From Candidatus Poribacteria bacterium (GTDB lineage: Bacteria; Poribacteria; WGA-4E; WGA-3G): a stretch of DNA of 64,000 nucleotides. A model generated the notes under the pieces. It saw nothing but the letters and a program-made list of their open reading frames with translations. It made no database searches and was not told the origin of the DNA. A program made the translations under genes and the position numbers. This document shows, piece by piece, positions 32,064 through 41,434 of this stretch; the first letter of the stretch is position 1; the number at the start of each line of letters is the position of its first letter. The stretch covers positions 128,001 through 192,000 of the forward strand of contig CAXXLX010000002.1 of assembly GCA_963665235.2 (NCBI GenBank), read 5' to 3'.

Positions 32064-32804
32064 TTAAATGTCAAAAAGTTGCATCTGTTCTCCGCTCACG
32101 TTCGGAATTTCATGCTCTTTGTCAATCGGTTTCTTGCTTTTCTCAATTGGAACTGTAAATTCCCCGGGGATGCGTTCGTGCAAATACACCCCCCAGTCCT
32201 TTTCTGAATCGTGCAAGACCTTACCGTTGTATTTAATCGGCTCTGTTACGAGACAATAGGCTCGAATACCGCAAGGTCGACGAGGAATTTCCGCCGTAAA
32301 GTGCGTAGGTAACGCTTGCACCTGTCCGTGAAGCTGCTCATCAGGAAAAGGGAGTATCGTATTTTGATAGGTTGTCTCCGCCTTATCCTCCAGTTCAATT
32401 TCCTTTACAGATTTGACGGTCGCTAAATCAGAAGAACGTCCCAAAAGCAAGGCGTAACGGGGCCGTTCAAAGGCCCCCTTTAGACATATCTCCGGGGTAT
32501 AGAGATAAAGTTCCGGTTGAACGAGAAATTCGCGTTTGTTGACATTAGATTTCCCTTTTAATAAATTTTTCCCTTTGTATGGAAATTCGTAAACAGTTTC
32601 CAAATCAACAGACTTTCCTTTACTCTGAAAAACAAATCCAATGGCGACATCATGCGGTGTGACCCAATCACCTTTTGCAGCAGTAAGGAGGCCATAAAGT
32701 GTCGACAGCGGGGGCAACGGAAGAGTCGGTTGGAATCCGCTAATAAATAGCGGATTCCGAAACGAGGCAACCCACCCGGTAATGTGAACGCGAATCACTT
32801 TCAT
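32064..32804 (-). CDS. cas5: CRISPR-associated Cas5 (type I-B)
   Basis: ASFRNP...TLPLPPLSTLYGLL; LLLGRSSDL. Confidence 0.93.
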   Translation of the reverse strand: MKVIRVHITGWVASFRNPLFISGFQPTLPLPPLSTLYGLLTAAKGDWVTPHDVAIGFVFQSKGKSVDLETVYEFPYKGKNLLKGKSNVNKREFLVQPELYLYTPEICLKGAFERPRYALLLGRSSDLATVKSVKEIELEDKAETTYQNTILPFPDEQLHGQVQALPTHFTAEIPRRPCGIRAYCLVTEPIKYNGKVLHDSEKDWGVYLHERIPGEFTVPIEKSKKPIDKEHEIPNVSGEQMQLFDI

Positions 32805-33817
32805 GGTGAATCCTCAACATGTTCCTCCAACTTTTCTGCAAGCTGGGCAATTACCTTGTTTGGCGAATCATAAACGACTTCGTTGCGGTCATCTGCCAAT
32901 GCAGAAAGGTCCTCGTCTAACTCATCCATAAACCCGCTCCGCCTGCCGATGTAAATTGTGTCACAGAACCGATCTTCGTAATCATCCATAACTTCGCGGA
33001 GTGCGTCGAGGCTAAGTTGACCGCCTTCGTCTTTCTCAACAACGAGATTCATGAAAGGGTGATTCCCGCCATCAAGGACAGACAGGATGATTAATTTAGG
33101 TGTAACGTCGGTGAGATGAGATGTTAACTTTGCGCCGCCACTGAGGAGTGGGAGTGCCTCAAGCGTTTGCCGGCATCGGCGAACCCGTGTCTCTTTTGGG
33201 AGTACCCACACCGGCTTTTCACCAACTTGTGTGCCTCCTGCGTCTTGGATAGTCTGAACATAACTTGGAGTAATATTCTTATAACCTGTCCTATTAATAT
33301 CCGAGAATGTCCCAACCGCGCTAAGGTCCAAAGAAAAAATACCCTTAAGCACACATGAATAGAACTCATGTATGTGAATCGCAGGAAATTCTTCCTGTCT
33401 CGCCATTACGCCATAATCTGGAGTAGGTCGTTGGGGTTCAATTGAAATCAGCGGTGAATTTTTCAATGGTGAAACGCGGGTAACAGTTTCTTTAGGTTTT
33501 CCCTTTGGTGCTCTCATATAACCGAAGACATCATCGTCGTCATATACCGCTGGGGAAGCATCGGTGTAGACAACCTGAGTGTGCCCTTTACCACTACGCG
33601 TGATTGGAGAAACGTTCCAACTAAACTCATTTTCCAGCGTAGTTCGCCACCAATTTCGCCAAGCTTGTCCAGAGACATAAGGATAAGGGTCTTTTCCTCT
33701 TCTCAAGACTTTGACCTTAACGATGTTTTCTGCTCTTTCTGATAGATCTTCTCCTGCGTTGTTTAGCGCAGAATAAGGGGCATCAATTAGGGTTAATCCA
33801 ATAAGGTGTTTAGACAT
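32801..33817 (-). CDS. cas7: Cas7 (Cst2/DevR family)
   Basis: SALNN, PYVSGQAWR, DDDVFGYM, TRVSP, TDVTP. Confidence 0.93.
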   Translation of the reverse strand: MSKHLIGLTLIDAPYSALNNAGEDLSERAENIVKVKVLRRGKDPYPYVSGQAWRNWWRTTLENEFSWNVSPITRSGKGHTQVVYTDASPAVYDDDDVFGYMRAPKGKPKETVTRVSPLKNSPLISIEPQRPTPDYGVMARQEEFPAIHIHEFYSCVLKGIFSLDLSAVGTFSDINRTGYKNITPSYVQTIQDAGGTQVGEKPVWVLPKETRVRRCRQTLEALPLLSGGAKLTSHLTDVTPKLIILSVLDGGNHPFMNLVVEKDEGGQLSLDALREVMDDYEDRFCDTIYIGRRSGFMDELDEDLSALADDRNEVVYDSPNKVIAQLAEKLEEHVEDSP

Positions 33818-33819
33818 GA

Positions 33820-34212
33820 TTAGTCCTCCTCATTTGCTTCGGTTTCAGATACATCGTCTGCATCCGATGTATTATCTTCGTCAAAATCAACAAAACCTTT
33901 TTCTTGCAACCAATTATGGAGTCGTTCATAAACACGAAAAAGCAGCAAGTCGCGTGTCTCCCCAAACTTCGTTGCACTAGAATCTTCGCTTTCTGGGAAA
34001 AGATGTTCCATATAATCGTCAATTGAAAAAAGCGGGTTCGGTGCTCCCTGTTTAATTCTCTCCCGAATGATATATAATAGGACGTTTCGGCACGCCTCGT
34101 AACTTTTGGCACGTTCCAACCGAACAAGTCGCTTATCGCTTCCAGATTTGCGGATGCATTCTGCGATGAGATCGCCGACTTGTTTAATTTTTTCAAGTCG
34201 TGTTTGTTCCAT
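33820..34212 (-). CDS. cas11: Probable Cas11 small subunit translated from an internal start in cas8
   Basis: AAGGAGGT-N7-ATG in frame within the cas8 3' end; 130-aa ORF MEQTRLEKIKQVG... Confidence 0.7.
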   Translation of the reverse strand: MEQTRLEKIKQVGDLIAECIRKSGSDKRLVRLERAKSYEACRNVLLYIIRERIKQGAPNPLFSIDDYMEHLFPESEDSSATKFGETRDLLLFRVYERLHNWLQEKGFVDFDEDNTSDADDVSETEANEED

Positions 34213-35217
34213 AGTTCTAACCTCCTTTAGGTAGAGGGAAAGCAATTCCCAATTTCCGCGTGGTTTTCGGATTCGCCTATTTAAAAAGTATCCAAGAATT
34301 GAGACGTCTTGCAACAGGTTTTCATACACACGGTTTGCCCGGTTCTTGTAATCTTTTTCGGATTTCACTTCATCCCAATTGACTTTCCGTAACCGCTTCG
34401 GACAATTTCCTGCCAAGCGGTTTTAAATTCGCCTTGATACACAACGCGCAAAAATCGAAACATTGGGGCAGGCATATAGAAAATTTCAAGTTCAGGGTTT
34501 GTCGTTATAATTTGTAAAGCAGTAAACCTGCATAGATATATTCTCATCAGCACGCATTTCCTGATATTGTGTCATTTCCCGAGCCATGTAGAACACACCG
34601 TTGCGTGGATTTGCGTAGCCAGGGTTAAAACATCCCGTTATGTCTTTTCGAAGGTGTTGATCGCGAATATCCTTGATACAGACCCGTCGCCCAACTCCTC
34701 AATGCCTTCCATGAATTAGAATGGAGTGTAAGAAACCTACCACCAGTTGCCATGAATACCAATGGGGATAACTGAATAGCAATAGCACATGCAGAACAGT
34801 AACCTGTCCCCTCAACGAAAGGCAGAAAAAAAGTTACGTAATCCGCCAGATCCTGTTAAAGGTATGTCTTGTTTTTAAAAGAAAAATGTTGGCATCCCGT
34901 CTACCGCATCCCATACAATCCCCAGTTTGGTCCAAATCGCAGATAGTTTCCAAATAATTTTTGCACTCCTCTTTAAGTAATTCAACACGATTTCGCTTAC
35001 TGTACGCAGGGTTAGTCAAAACACTATTTGGAAAAATACTGTGTAAATTTCCCCAACCAGCATTTGTTTGCATCATCGGCGCAACATCATTAACAACCTT
35101 CTCAAGGTCATCAGGGGTAATCTGCTCAGGTTGGACACCGCGCCCTAACCATTCACAGATTCCACAAACACCAGCATCCACAAATGGATTGCCCATCAAT
35201 TTTTCATAGATTGGCAT
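33820..35217 (-). pseudogene. cas8: Cas8 large subunit (Cst1/CXXC-CXXC type), multiply frameshifted as sequenced
   Basis: GNPFVDAG N-terminus; CMGC and CSAC motifs in different frames; located between cas6 and cas7. Confidence 0.82.
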
Positions 35218-35593
35218 GCTATTCACCTCCTTTCAAAAATATTTAGTTTAGATCAGACCGAGTCTTACCCTATTTTGTCACCGCACTAGTGCTGCCATAA
35301 ACGGCCTGCTCCGATAGAGCAGCAGAAACAGCACATCGCGTTGCTAAACATATCGCTCCGATGGAGCGGAAATCACCAGAAAAGCGTATCTATCTATTGG
35401 GGTCGGTAGCATATTTAAGCGCGGTTTCAAGGCAACTCGCGTCTTGGAATTCAGGTTTTCGTACGATAAATCGCCCTTGCCAATATTAACGGGCGATAAA
35501 TCACTCTTGCCCCAAATAGGTTTCCGTATTACTCAAACCTACGTAATTATACCATATAAATTAGCATTTGTCAAATTAAAATTTATTTATCGT

Positions 35594-36346
35594 TTACAAC
35601 CCCACCATTCCAAAACCGGCACTATTCTTATCCCCAAACCCGCATTCGTAGCCGACCTGAATAAGCGAAGGACTACCTGTCACCGTAAACGGACACAGCA
35701 CACCCCGAATTTTAATACCTTTAAAATCCACCAGACGCGTAACGCGGCCCCGTTTTCGTTGTATATAGGCAGTATCATAACGAAAAGTTAACGAATCATC
35801 AGCAGGCGTGCGGCCGTAAATCGCCTGATGTTTACCTATTAAGTTTTGACGAACAAGCGACGAAAACTCCGGGTCGTCTGGTAAACAGTAATGCGTTCCC
35901 TCTTTTCCATCTCGTTCCCGTACAGTAGACATAGTAATAGGAGAGAGGCATCGGAACCGCATCTCCTGTCGAAAATGGGGAACGCGCGGCACCCTTACAT
36001 CTTCGACCCGTAGCTGGTGCCTGCCGATATCTAAACTGCCCACGGTAAGCAACGTATCCGCAAAATGCGACAAAAATTGTTCTACAGGAGAAGACACAAA
36101 CCACATCAGAGTTGATTTAAAATGGATTAACTCACCGTCGATGCGTCTCCGGTCCGCCATCAGTTGTGAGAAGGTAAAAAGTTTGAAACGTTTCGCATCC
36201 GCATGGTATCCATCATCGTGTAAAAAGCTAGCGTATTCCGGATTAGACTCAGCGAGGAAACGATAGATGATACCTGTGAGTAGGTGATTATAGTTAATAG
36301 GTAGGGTTATACCGTTGCCTACATCGGCAAGGATATGAATTCGCAT
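35594..36346 (-). CDS. cas6: CRISPR-associated endoribonuclease Cas6
   Basis: FLHDDGY, FKLFTFS, C-terminal GFGDKNSAGFG loop. Confidence 0.96.
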   Translation of the reverse strand: MRIHILADVGNGITLPINYNHLLTGIIYRFLAESNPEYASFLHDDGYHADAKRFKLFTFSQLMADRRRIDGELIHFKSTLMWFVSSPVEQFLSHFADTLLTVGSLDIGRHQLRVEDVRVPRVPHFRQEMRFRCLSPITMSTVRERDGKEGTHYCLPDDPEFSSLVRQNLIGKHQAIYGRTPADDSLTFRYDTAYIQRKRGRVTRLVDFKGIKIRGVLCPFTVTGSPSLIQVGYECGFGDKNSAGFGMVGL

Positions 36347-36513
36347 AGAATTACCTCCAATTTGTCGTAGGGGCGAGGTCCCCTTGTCCGCTAGGTCTCC
36401 CTATTATTTCGTTGTTGGAAACCTATGGCTGTTGGCTTCATGGCAAGAAATATAAAAGCCCTCTTCTCTTTTCTTTCTCTTGCTAATCGCCAATCGCCAA
36501 GCGCCAATTACTA

Positions 36514-37110
36514 TCATAGTCCTTGCCGAAGCGCAACCGCAGCAAGCAAAATTAACAGCGAAACAACACCCATCAGACTTGACACAACAGCCATCTGCGT
36601 CCGTAACCGTTTCACTTCAGGTGGAAGCTCTGTCAGCTCCGGGTCTAATCCCTCAATTGCCGTAGACAATCTCGGACCGAAAAACGCGCTATGCAAAAAC
36701 GTCAGCACAATCAGCACCAGAAACAGCATCAGTTTAATAAACAGCGTCCGCATAAAGGTATTGATAAATTCGGAGGAGCTGACAACGGTAGAGTCCACTG
36801 CGTCGGGGGGACCCCCAGGTGTACCCACATCCGCGACATCTACACCTTGGTAGTCTACATTGAGATAGAGGTTAAAATCTACTGCGTCGAAAATATTAGC
36901 AATACCCGTAAAAAGCAGCACCAACACACATCCCCAGACAACAGGTTGGAACCGTTTACCAATCTGCGTCAGAAGTTGTATCCGCTGAACAGGCGGTAAT
37001 TTATGCTTAAAGTAAGGCACAATCACCATTGCCAAAATCAGGTTTCCGCCAATCCATATAACAGCAGCCATAACATGTAACCATCGAATAAATAACCAGA
37101 GTATTTCCAT
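36514..37110 (-). CDS. CopD/DUF4149-like four-helix membrane protein
   Basis: RWLHVMAAVIWIGG and four hydrophobic segments. Confidence 0.7.
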   Translation of the reverse strand: MEILWLFIRWLHVMAAVIWIGGNLILAMVIVPYFKHKLPPVQRIQLLTQIGKRFQPVVWGCVLVLLFTGIANIFDAVDFNLYLNVDYQGVDVADVGTPGGPPDAVDSTVVSSSEFINTFMRTLFIKLMLFLVLIVLTFLHSAFFGPRLSTAIEGLDPELTELPPEVKRLRTQMAVVSSLMGVVSLLILLAAVALRQGL

Positions 37111-37136
37111 TTTGTCAAATTCCTTTTCTTACACTA

Positions 37137-37375
37137 ACGTGAGCTTGATAATAAATGTCCGTTTGCACTAACCTCTATAAAGATATCGTCCTTAAGAGCA
37201 GGCTGCTTGCCTGAATACTGGGACTAAGAGTTGGGGAGGAGACGGTTTTCTATAAAGATATCGTCCCTACGGGACTAAAAGTTAGGAAGTGAACGTCTTT
37301 TTCTATAAACATATCGTCCCTAAGGAGCAAGCTGGTTGCCCAAATACTAAGAGAAAACTTTTTTCAAACTCACGT
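37137..37375. mobile_element. MITE copy 2
   Basis: Same TIRs as copy 1; ttacacta duplicated on both sides. Confidence 0.85.
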
Positions 37376-37387
37376 TTACACTAAATT

Positions 37388-38986
37388 CTACAATACCGTA
37401 TCCACGTGATAGATGACCGCCTCAGCGCGAGAGATTAACGCCTGCTGTTCCTCCGTAGTCAGCGGTGCCGGTGCAAATCGAAGATAATTGCACTGCGTCA
37501 GAATATCCTCTAATTCCTGTAGAATAGGTTTTGATATACCCGCCTGCGCGCCGATGCGCTGAACTTCAGCAGTAGTACGTTGTGACAAACCCAACGTTTC
37601 CTCTAGGTATTGATACACGGTTTGAGCGAGAGCATCCCCGAACATCTTCGCGCTCCCCCCAGTTTTACTACTCGCTAGACTTTTGAGTGTCGAAAGAGCT
37701 TGTTCCCTTACGTTTGGAGGCGCGTCCCGTGTCGCCATTTCTGTTGTCGGCGTTGACTTCTTGCGATACCACACAAACCCTCCGCCTGCAAGGCCAGCGA
37801 GGAGCAGTGCTATCAGAAACAGAAATATCCCCCACTTCCACAGAGCCGGACCGCTTTCACCGTCATCAACAACGTTCGGGTTAGGCGACACATTTATCCG
37901 TATCCGCGTCGTTTCGGTCGTTTGATACGCCGGACGGTGCGGATTGAAATAGACATATTTAATCGCCGGTATCCACACTGTGCCTTCTTGCGATGGAATT
38001 AAAGCGTAGGTATAGACATGCCCCCCTATAGTTGTCTCTTCAACCTGAGACTGCGTACCTACCCGCACCCCTGGAATCGTCGGCAGCTTTGGAGGTGTCA
38101 CCGTTTGCATGTTCCCTTCACCCTCAATTTTTAGCGAGAATGAAAGTGCTCTGCCAACCTCAATTCGGTTACGGTCGATATGTGCGCTGATATTGTACTC
38201 CCCGACCGCCCCCGTAAAATTCGGTGGTCTTCCGATTTCAGGAAGCGGCTGCACAGTCAGCACCACCGTCCCCGTCTTAAGCGTCTTGGGGGCCCCTTTA
38301 ATGGGCAGAATAAGGTTAGCGGGCTGAATCACAATCTTTCCTATTTTCTGCGGATACAAACGTCTCGTCACCTCTTCCACCTGATACGTTTTACCCTCTA
38401 TCTGAACGGTCGTTTCTGTTTCAGTCGGGGGCTCTTCCGATAAAAAATCGGGCAACTCGGGAAGCACAGGAGCCGGGGATTCTTCAGTCGGCAGCACGAC
38501 TGTATAGAGGTAACGGAATCGGTATTCAATTCCCTCATTCAGGTAAGGTTTACGATTACTAACATCCGCCAGAACTTTATGAATGCCACCCGTTGATGGG
38601 CTCACGTAAGTGTCAAGTGCCCCGACAACGATTTTCCCAGGATTCGCAAAATACGGCACCCCTTGGTAAGAGAATTGAACATCCGAGAGTGCAATCTCGC
38701 CAACCTGCTTCGGGATAAGTTGATAAGCCCACGCCATGGTGACCGCCACTTTATCATCAACTAATCGGGGGGTTGTTTTCGTATGCAGCGGTACAGCGAG
38801 GAAGCCCGGCAAAAAATTGAAAGTCGGCGCACCGATATGTTTCATCAACGTCTTTCCGGAGATAGTCAGTTCCAGCGTCGCCCGCTCGTCAAATCGGATA
38901 TGCCGTGGGCTAACAACTGCAGCAACGTTGACATCTTGGCTATGCACCGCCGGCGCAACGAGGAGAAGCACCAGACAAATGCACAT
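37388..38986 (-). CDS. BatD family protein
   Basis: Signal-like N-terminus, FTGAVGEY, IEGEGN, YVYFNP, C-terminal TM and RFAP; directly after a BatC-like TPR gene; start uncertain. Confidence 0.78.
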   Translation of the reverse strand: MCICLVLLLVAPAVHSQDVNVAAVVSPRHIRFDERATLELTISGKTLMKHIGAPTFNFLPGFLAVPLHTKTTPRLVDDKVAVTMAWAYQLIPKQVGEIALSDVQFSYQGVPYFANPGKIVVGALDTYVSPSTGGIHKVLADVSNRKPYLNEGIEYRFRYLYTVVLPTEESPAPVLPELPDFLSEEPPTETETTVQIEGKTYQVEEVTRRLYPQKIGKIVIQPANLILPIKGAPKTLKTGTVVLTVQPLPEIGRPPNFTGAVGEYNISAHIDRNRIEVGRALSFSLKIEGEGNMQTVTPPKLPTIPGVRVGTQSQVEETTIGGHVYTYALIPSQEGTVWIPAIKYVYFNPHRPAYQTTETTRIRINVSPNPNVVDDGESGPALWKWGIFLFLIALLLAGLAGGGFVWYRKKSTPTTEMATRDAPPNVREQALSTLKSLASSKTGGSAKMFGDALAQTVYQYLEETLGLSQRTTAEVQRIGAQAGISKPILQELEDILTQCNYLRFAPAPLTTEEQQALISRAEAVIYHVDTVL

Positions 38987-39008
38987 AGCTCCCCAACCTA
39001 TCAGCCGT

Positions 39009-39632
39009 TTACCAATCTTTTTCCCGGCGCAGCCCGCGTTTAAGTTTTTCCTGACGTGTCTTTTGTCGTAATCTATTTTCATTCTTGCTAAGTTCTTCCA
39101 AAAGCCGAAGAGCGTCCGATTTAGCGATATCCTTCGGTTCCGTTTTTTCCGAGTCCTGTTTCTGCTGTGTAGTGCTATCCGCTTGAGCATTCAGCTGCTG
39201 TTTCAGCAGTTGCCGTGCCAATTTCAGGTTATACCTTGCATCCGCATCATGCGGGTTCAAACGGAGCACCTGCTCGTAAGACGAGATGGCACCGGTAAGG
39301 TCCCCCATTTTAAACTGAGCGTTTCCCAAATTATAATACGCTACCGTTTCATCTCCCAGTTTTTCTCTACTTGTCAGAGATGTCTGAAACGCCGCAGCTG
39401 CCGCTTTAAACCTACCACTTTTATAGAGAGCAGTACCGAGGTTATAATGCACGATAGGGTTATCAGGTTTTTGGCGTATAGCATCCTGAAAAGCGTTGTG
39501 TGCCTCGTCATACTTACCCAGCCAAAACGCCTCATTTCCTGCCTGCATCGTGCGCGTCCAATTTCCGAACCACCCCCCAAGCAGCAGTAACAGCAAAATT
39601 ATAAGTCCAACGTGAGCTATTGTCCTATCCAT
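39009..39632 (-). CDS. BatC-like TPR protein
   Basis: YNLGTALY and YNLGNAQF TPRs, DARYNL, C-terminal EKDW. Confidence 0.82.
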   Translation of the reverse strand: MDRTIAHVGLIILLLLLLGGWFGNWTRTMQAGNEAFWLGKYDEAHNAFQDAIRQKPDNPIVHYNLGTALYKSGRFKAAAAAFQTSLTSREKLGDETVAYYNLGNAQFKMGDLTGAISSYEQVLRLNPHDADARYNLKLARQLLKQQLNAQADSTTQQKQDSEKTEPKDIAKSDALRLLEELSKNENRLRQKTRQEKLKRGLRREKDW

Positions 39633-39720
39633 AGTAAAATCACATCTGTAGTTTTAGAAAATTATATCACAATCCAAACTAGAATGCAAAGTTTTGAAAA
39701 AACGGATTAACCGATTTTGC

Positions 39721-39749
39721 TTGACAATCATCTCTCATAAATGTATACT
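39721..39749 (+). promoter_or_regulatory. Sigma70-like promoter
   Basis: ttgaca-N17-tatact. Confidence 0.65.
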
Positions 39750-39822
39750 ATTAAAACGAATCGAATTTAAAAACCGGCGCGGTTTCATTTACGTGACCGG
39801 TCCTGTGAAAAGGAGAATCAAC

Positions 39823-40476
39823 ATGAAGAGCATCTCTATTTTAACAACGTTAGTCCTCATAATCGCATCGGGGTTCGCTTATGCCGCCGAAACCCCCGCT
39901 GTATCAGGCGACTATATTGAGGCACGTTCAGCCAGTGTATATGTCGGCGCGTGTCATTTCGGGGCTGAATTTGTAGAAGGCGGCACCGAAGCAACCCTTG
40001 TCTGGCACATTCAACGCGGAACTTGGAACGATGTGTCCCTCAAAGGCTTAACCGTCGTCGCTGTTATCAGTGCGAAAAACAACCTTGCAATTGACAAGAA
40101 AACCCGTAAAACCGTGTTATATGTGGATAAAAAAGCCACACCTGAACAACGTGCCGCGGTGCGTGACATGCTTGTCACAAAGCGCGCCGATGTGCTCGGG
40201 AACGTAATTTCAACACAAATCGCCCCCATAACCTTCACGAAAAAGGGAACGCGATACAACGTAGCGGTTGGCAAAGTCCTAACGCTCACAGCAAACCGCT
40301 ACCCGTGCGTCAATTGCACACAGCCACATCAAATTTGGTATGAACCGCTGACACAGATACGGAATGCCATCGTCGGCAAATCCGAAGTTTACCGTTATAA
40401 AGACACGCATCTCTCCGTAACCTGGAGCCAAGGGGATGCAGCAAACAACGTCTTTGTCGGCGACTTTTCAATGTAA
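39823..40476 (+). CDS. Secreted DUF1326-like protein
   Basis: Signal peptide; GDYIEARSASVYVGACH; RBS aggaga. Confidence 0.7.
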   Translation: MKSISILTTLVLIIASGFAYAAETPAVSGDYIEARSASVYVGACHFGAEFVEGGTEATLVWHIQRGTWNDVSLKGLTVVAVISAKNNLAIDKKTRKTVLYVDKKATPEQRAAVRDMLVTKRADVLGNVISTQIAPITFTKKGTRYNVAVGKVLTLTANRYPCVNCTQPHQIWYEPLTQIRNAIVGKSEVYRYKDTHLSVTWSQGDAANNVFVGDFSM

Positions 40477-40528
40477 AATCTAAGTGTCTGTAGTTGCCTT
40501 GCCGTAACTATAGACACTACCTCTAGGA

Positions 40529-41386
40529 ATGTTAATGCACACAAGTACACCCCCCGAGGAACGGAAATTTAGACTGACCCCCGAAGAGCAAGCCACCTGG
40601 GAGGAAAACGGATACTTTATCCGTTACGACGTTTTCACCGAACAAGAAAACGACGTGCTACGGCATATCGCTGATGACATTGCCCTCGGAAAACGAGCCT
40701 TCCCAGCCGCAAATATTAATCAAAACGCATTAGTCAGAGACGGAAAAGCCGAAGCCACCGGTATTCACGCCCTGCACAAAATTCACCATGTGAGCTGTTT
40801 CTGTCCAGAATTCCTTGCACGCGTCCGCGACCCGCGCCTAACAGACCCGATTGTTGACCTACTCGGCCCAGATATCCTGGGACTTAACAATCTTTATATC
40901 TGGAAATCCCCCAAAATTGGACTAGGCTTCCCATGGCATCAGGATAAGTGGTATTTCAACCACCAGTATAAAACTGACATGACAGTCGCAACATGGACCG
41001 CTATTGACGCAGCAGATAAAGACAACGGGTGTCTCTATGTTATCCCCGGTAGCCACAAACACGGTGTTCAAAAGCACGAAGACCTTGAAGGCTCACAACA
41101 GGACGAATTTAAGATAGTACGCGCTGCCCGGGACGAAGATGGCATCGCCCTTGAATTACCCCCTGGCGGCGTAGTTTGGTTCAACAGTCAAGTCCTTCAT
41201 AAAAGCACCGATAATCACAGTGACCGCTTCCGACGAAGCAACGTCGCCCATTATATCAGTGCAAAAGCAGAGCGTATCCCTCGGAAGAATGTAAAAAACG
41301 TACGGCCTGTCATGTGGGTTCGCGGTAAAATACACCCAGATAAAATATCTCCAGTCCATCGGGACGTTTTACCCATCCCACAATAG
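40529..41386 (+). CDS. PhyH family dioxygenase
   Basis: WHQD, NGCLYVIPGSH, LHKS..N.S..FRR. Confidence 0.9.
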   Translation: MLMHTSTPPEERKFRLTPEEQATWEENGYFIRYDVFTEQENDVLRHIADDIALGKRAFPAANINQNALVRDGKAEATGIHALHKIHHVSCFCPEFLARVRDPRLTDPIVDLLGPDILGLNNLYIWKSPKIGLGFPWHQDKWYFNHQYKTDMTVATWTAIDAADKDNGCLYVIPGSHKHGVQKHEDLEGSQQDEFKIVRAARDEDGIALELPPGGVVWFNSQVLHKSTDNHSDRFRRSNVAHYISAKAERIPRKNVKNVRPVMWVRGKIHPDKISPVHRDVLPIPQ

Positions 41387-41434
41387 GAAAATTCAGTTTT
41401 TCGCGGATAACACAGACCCACATCAGGAGGAAAC

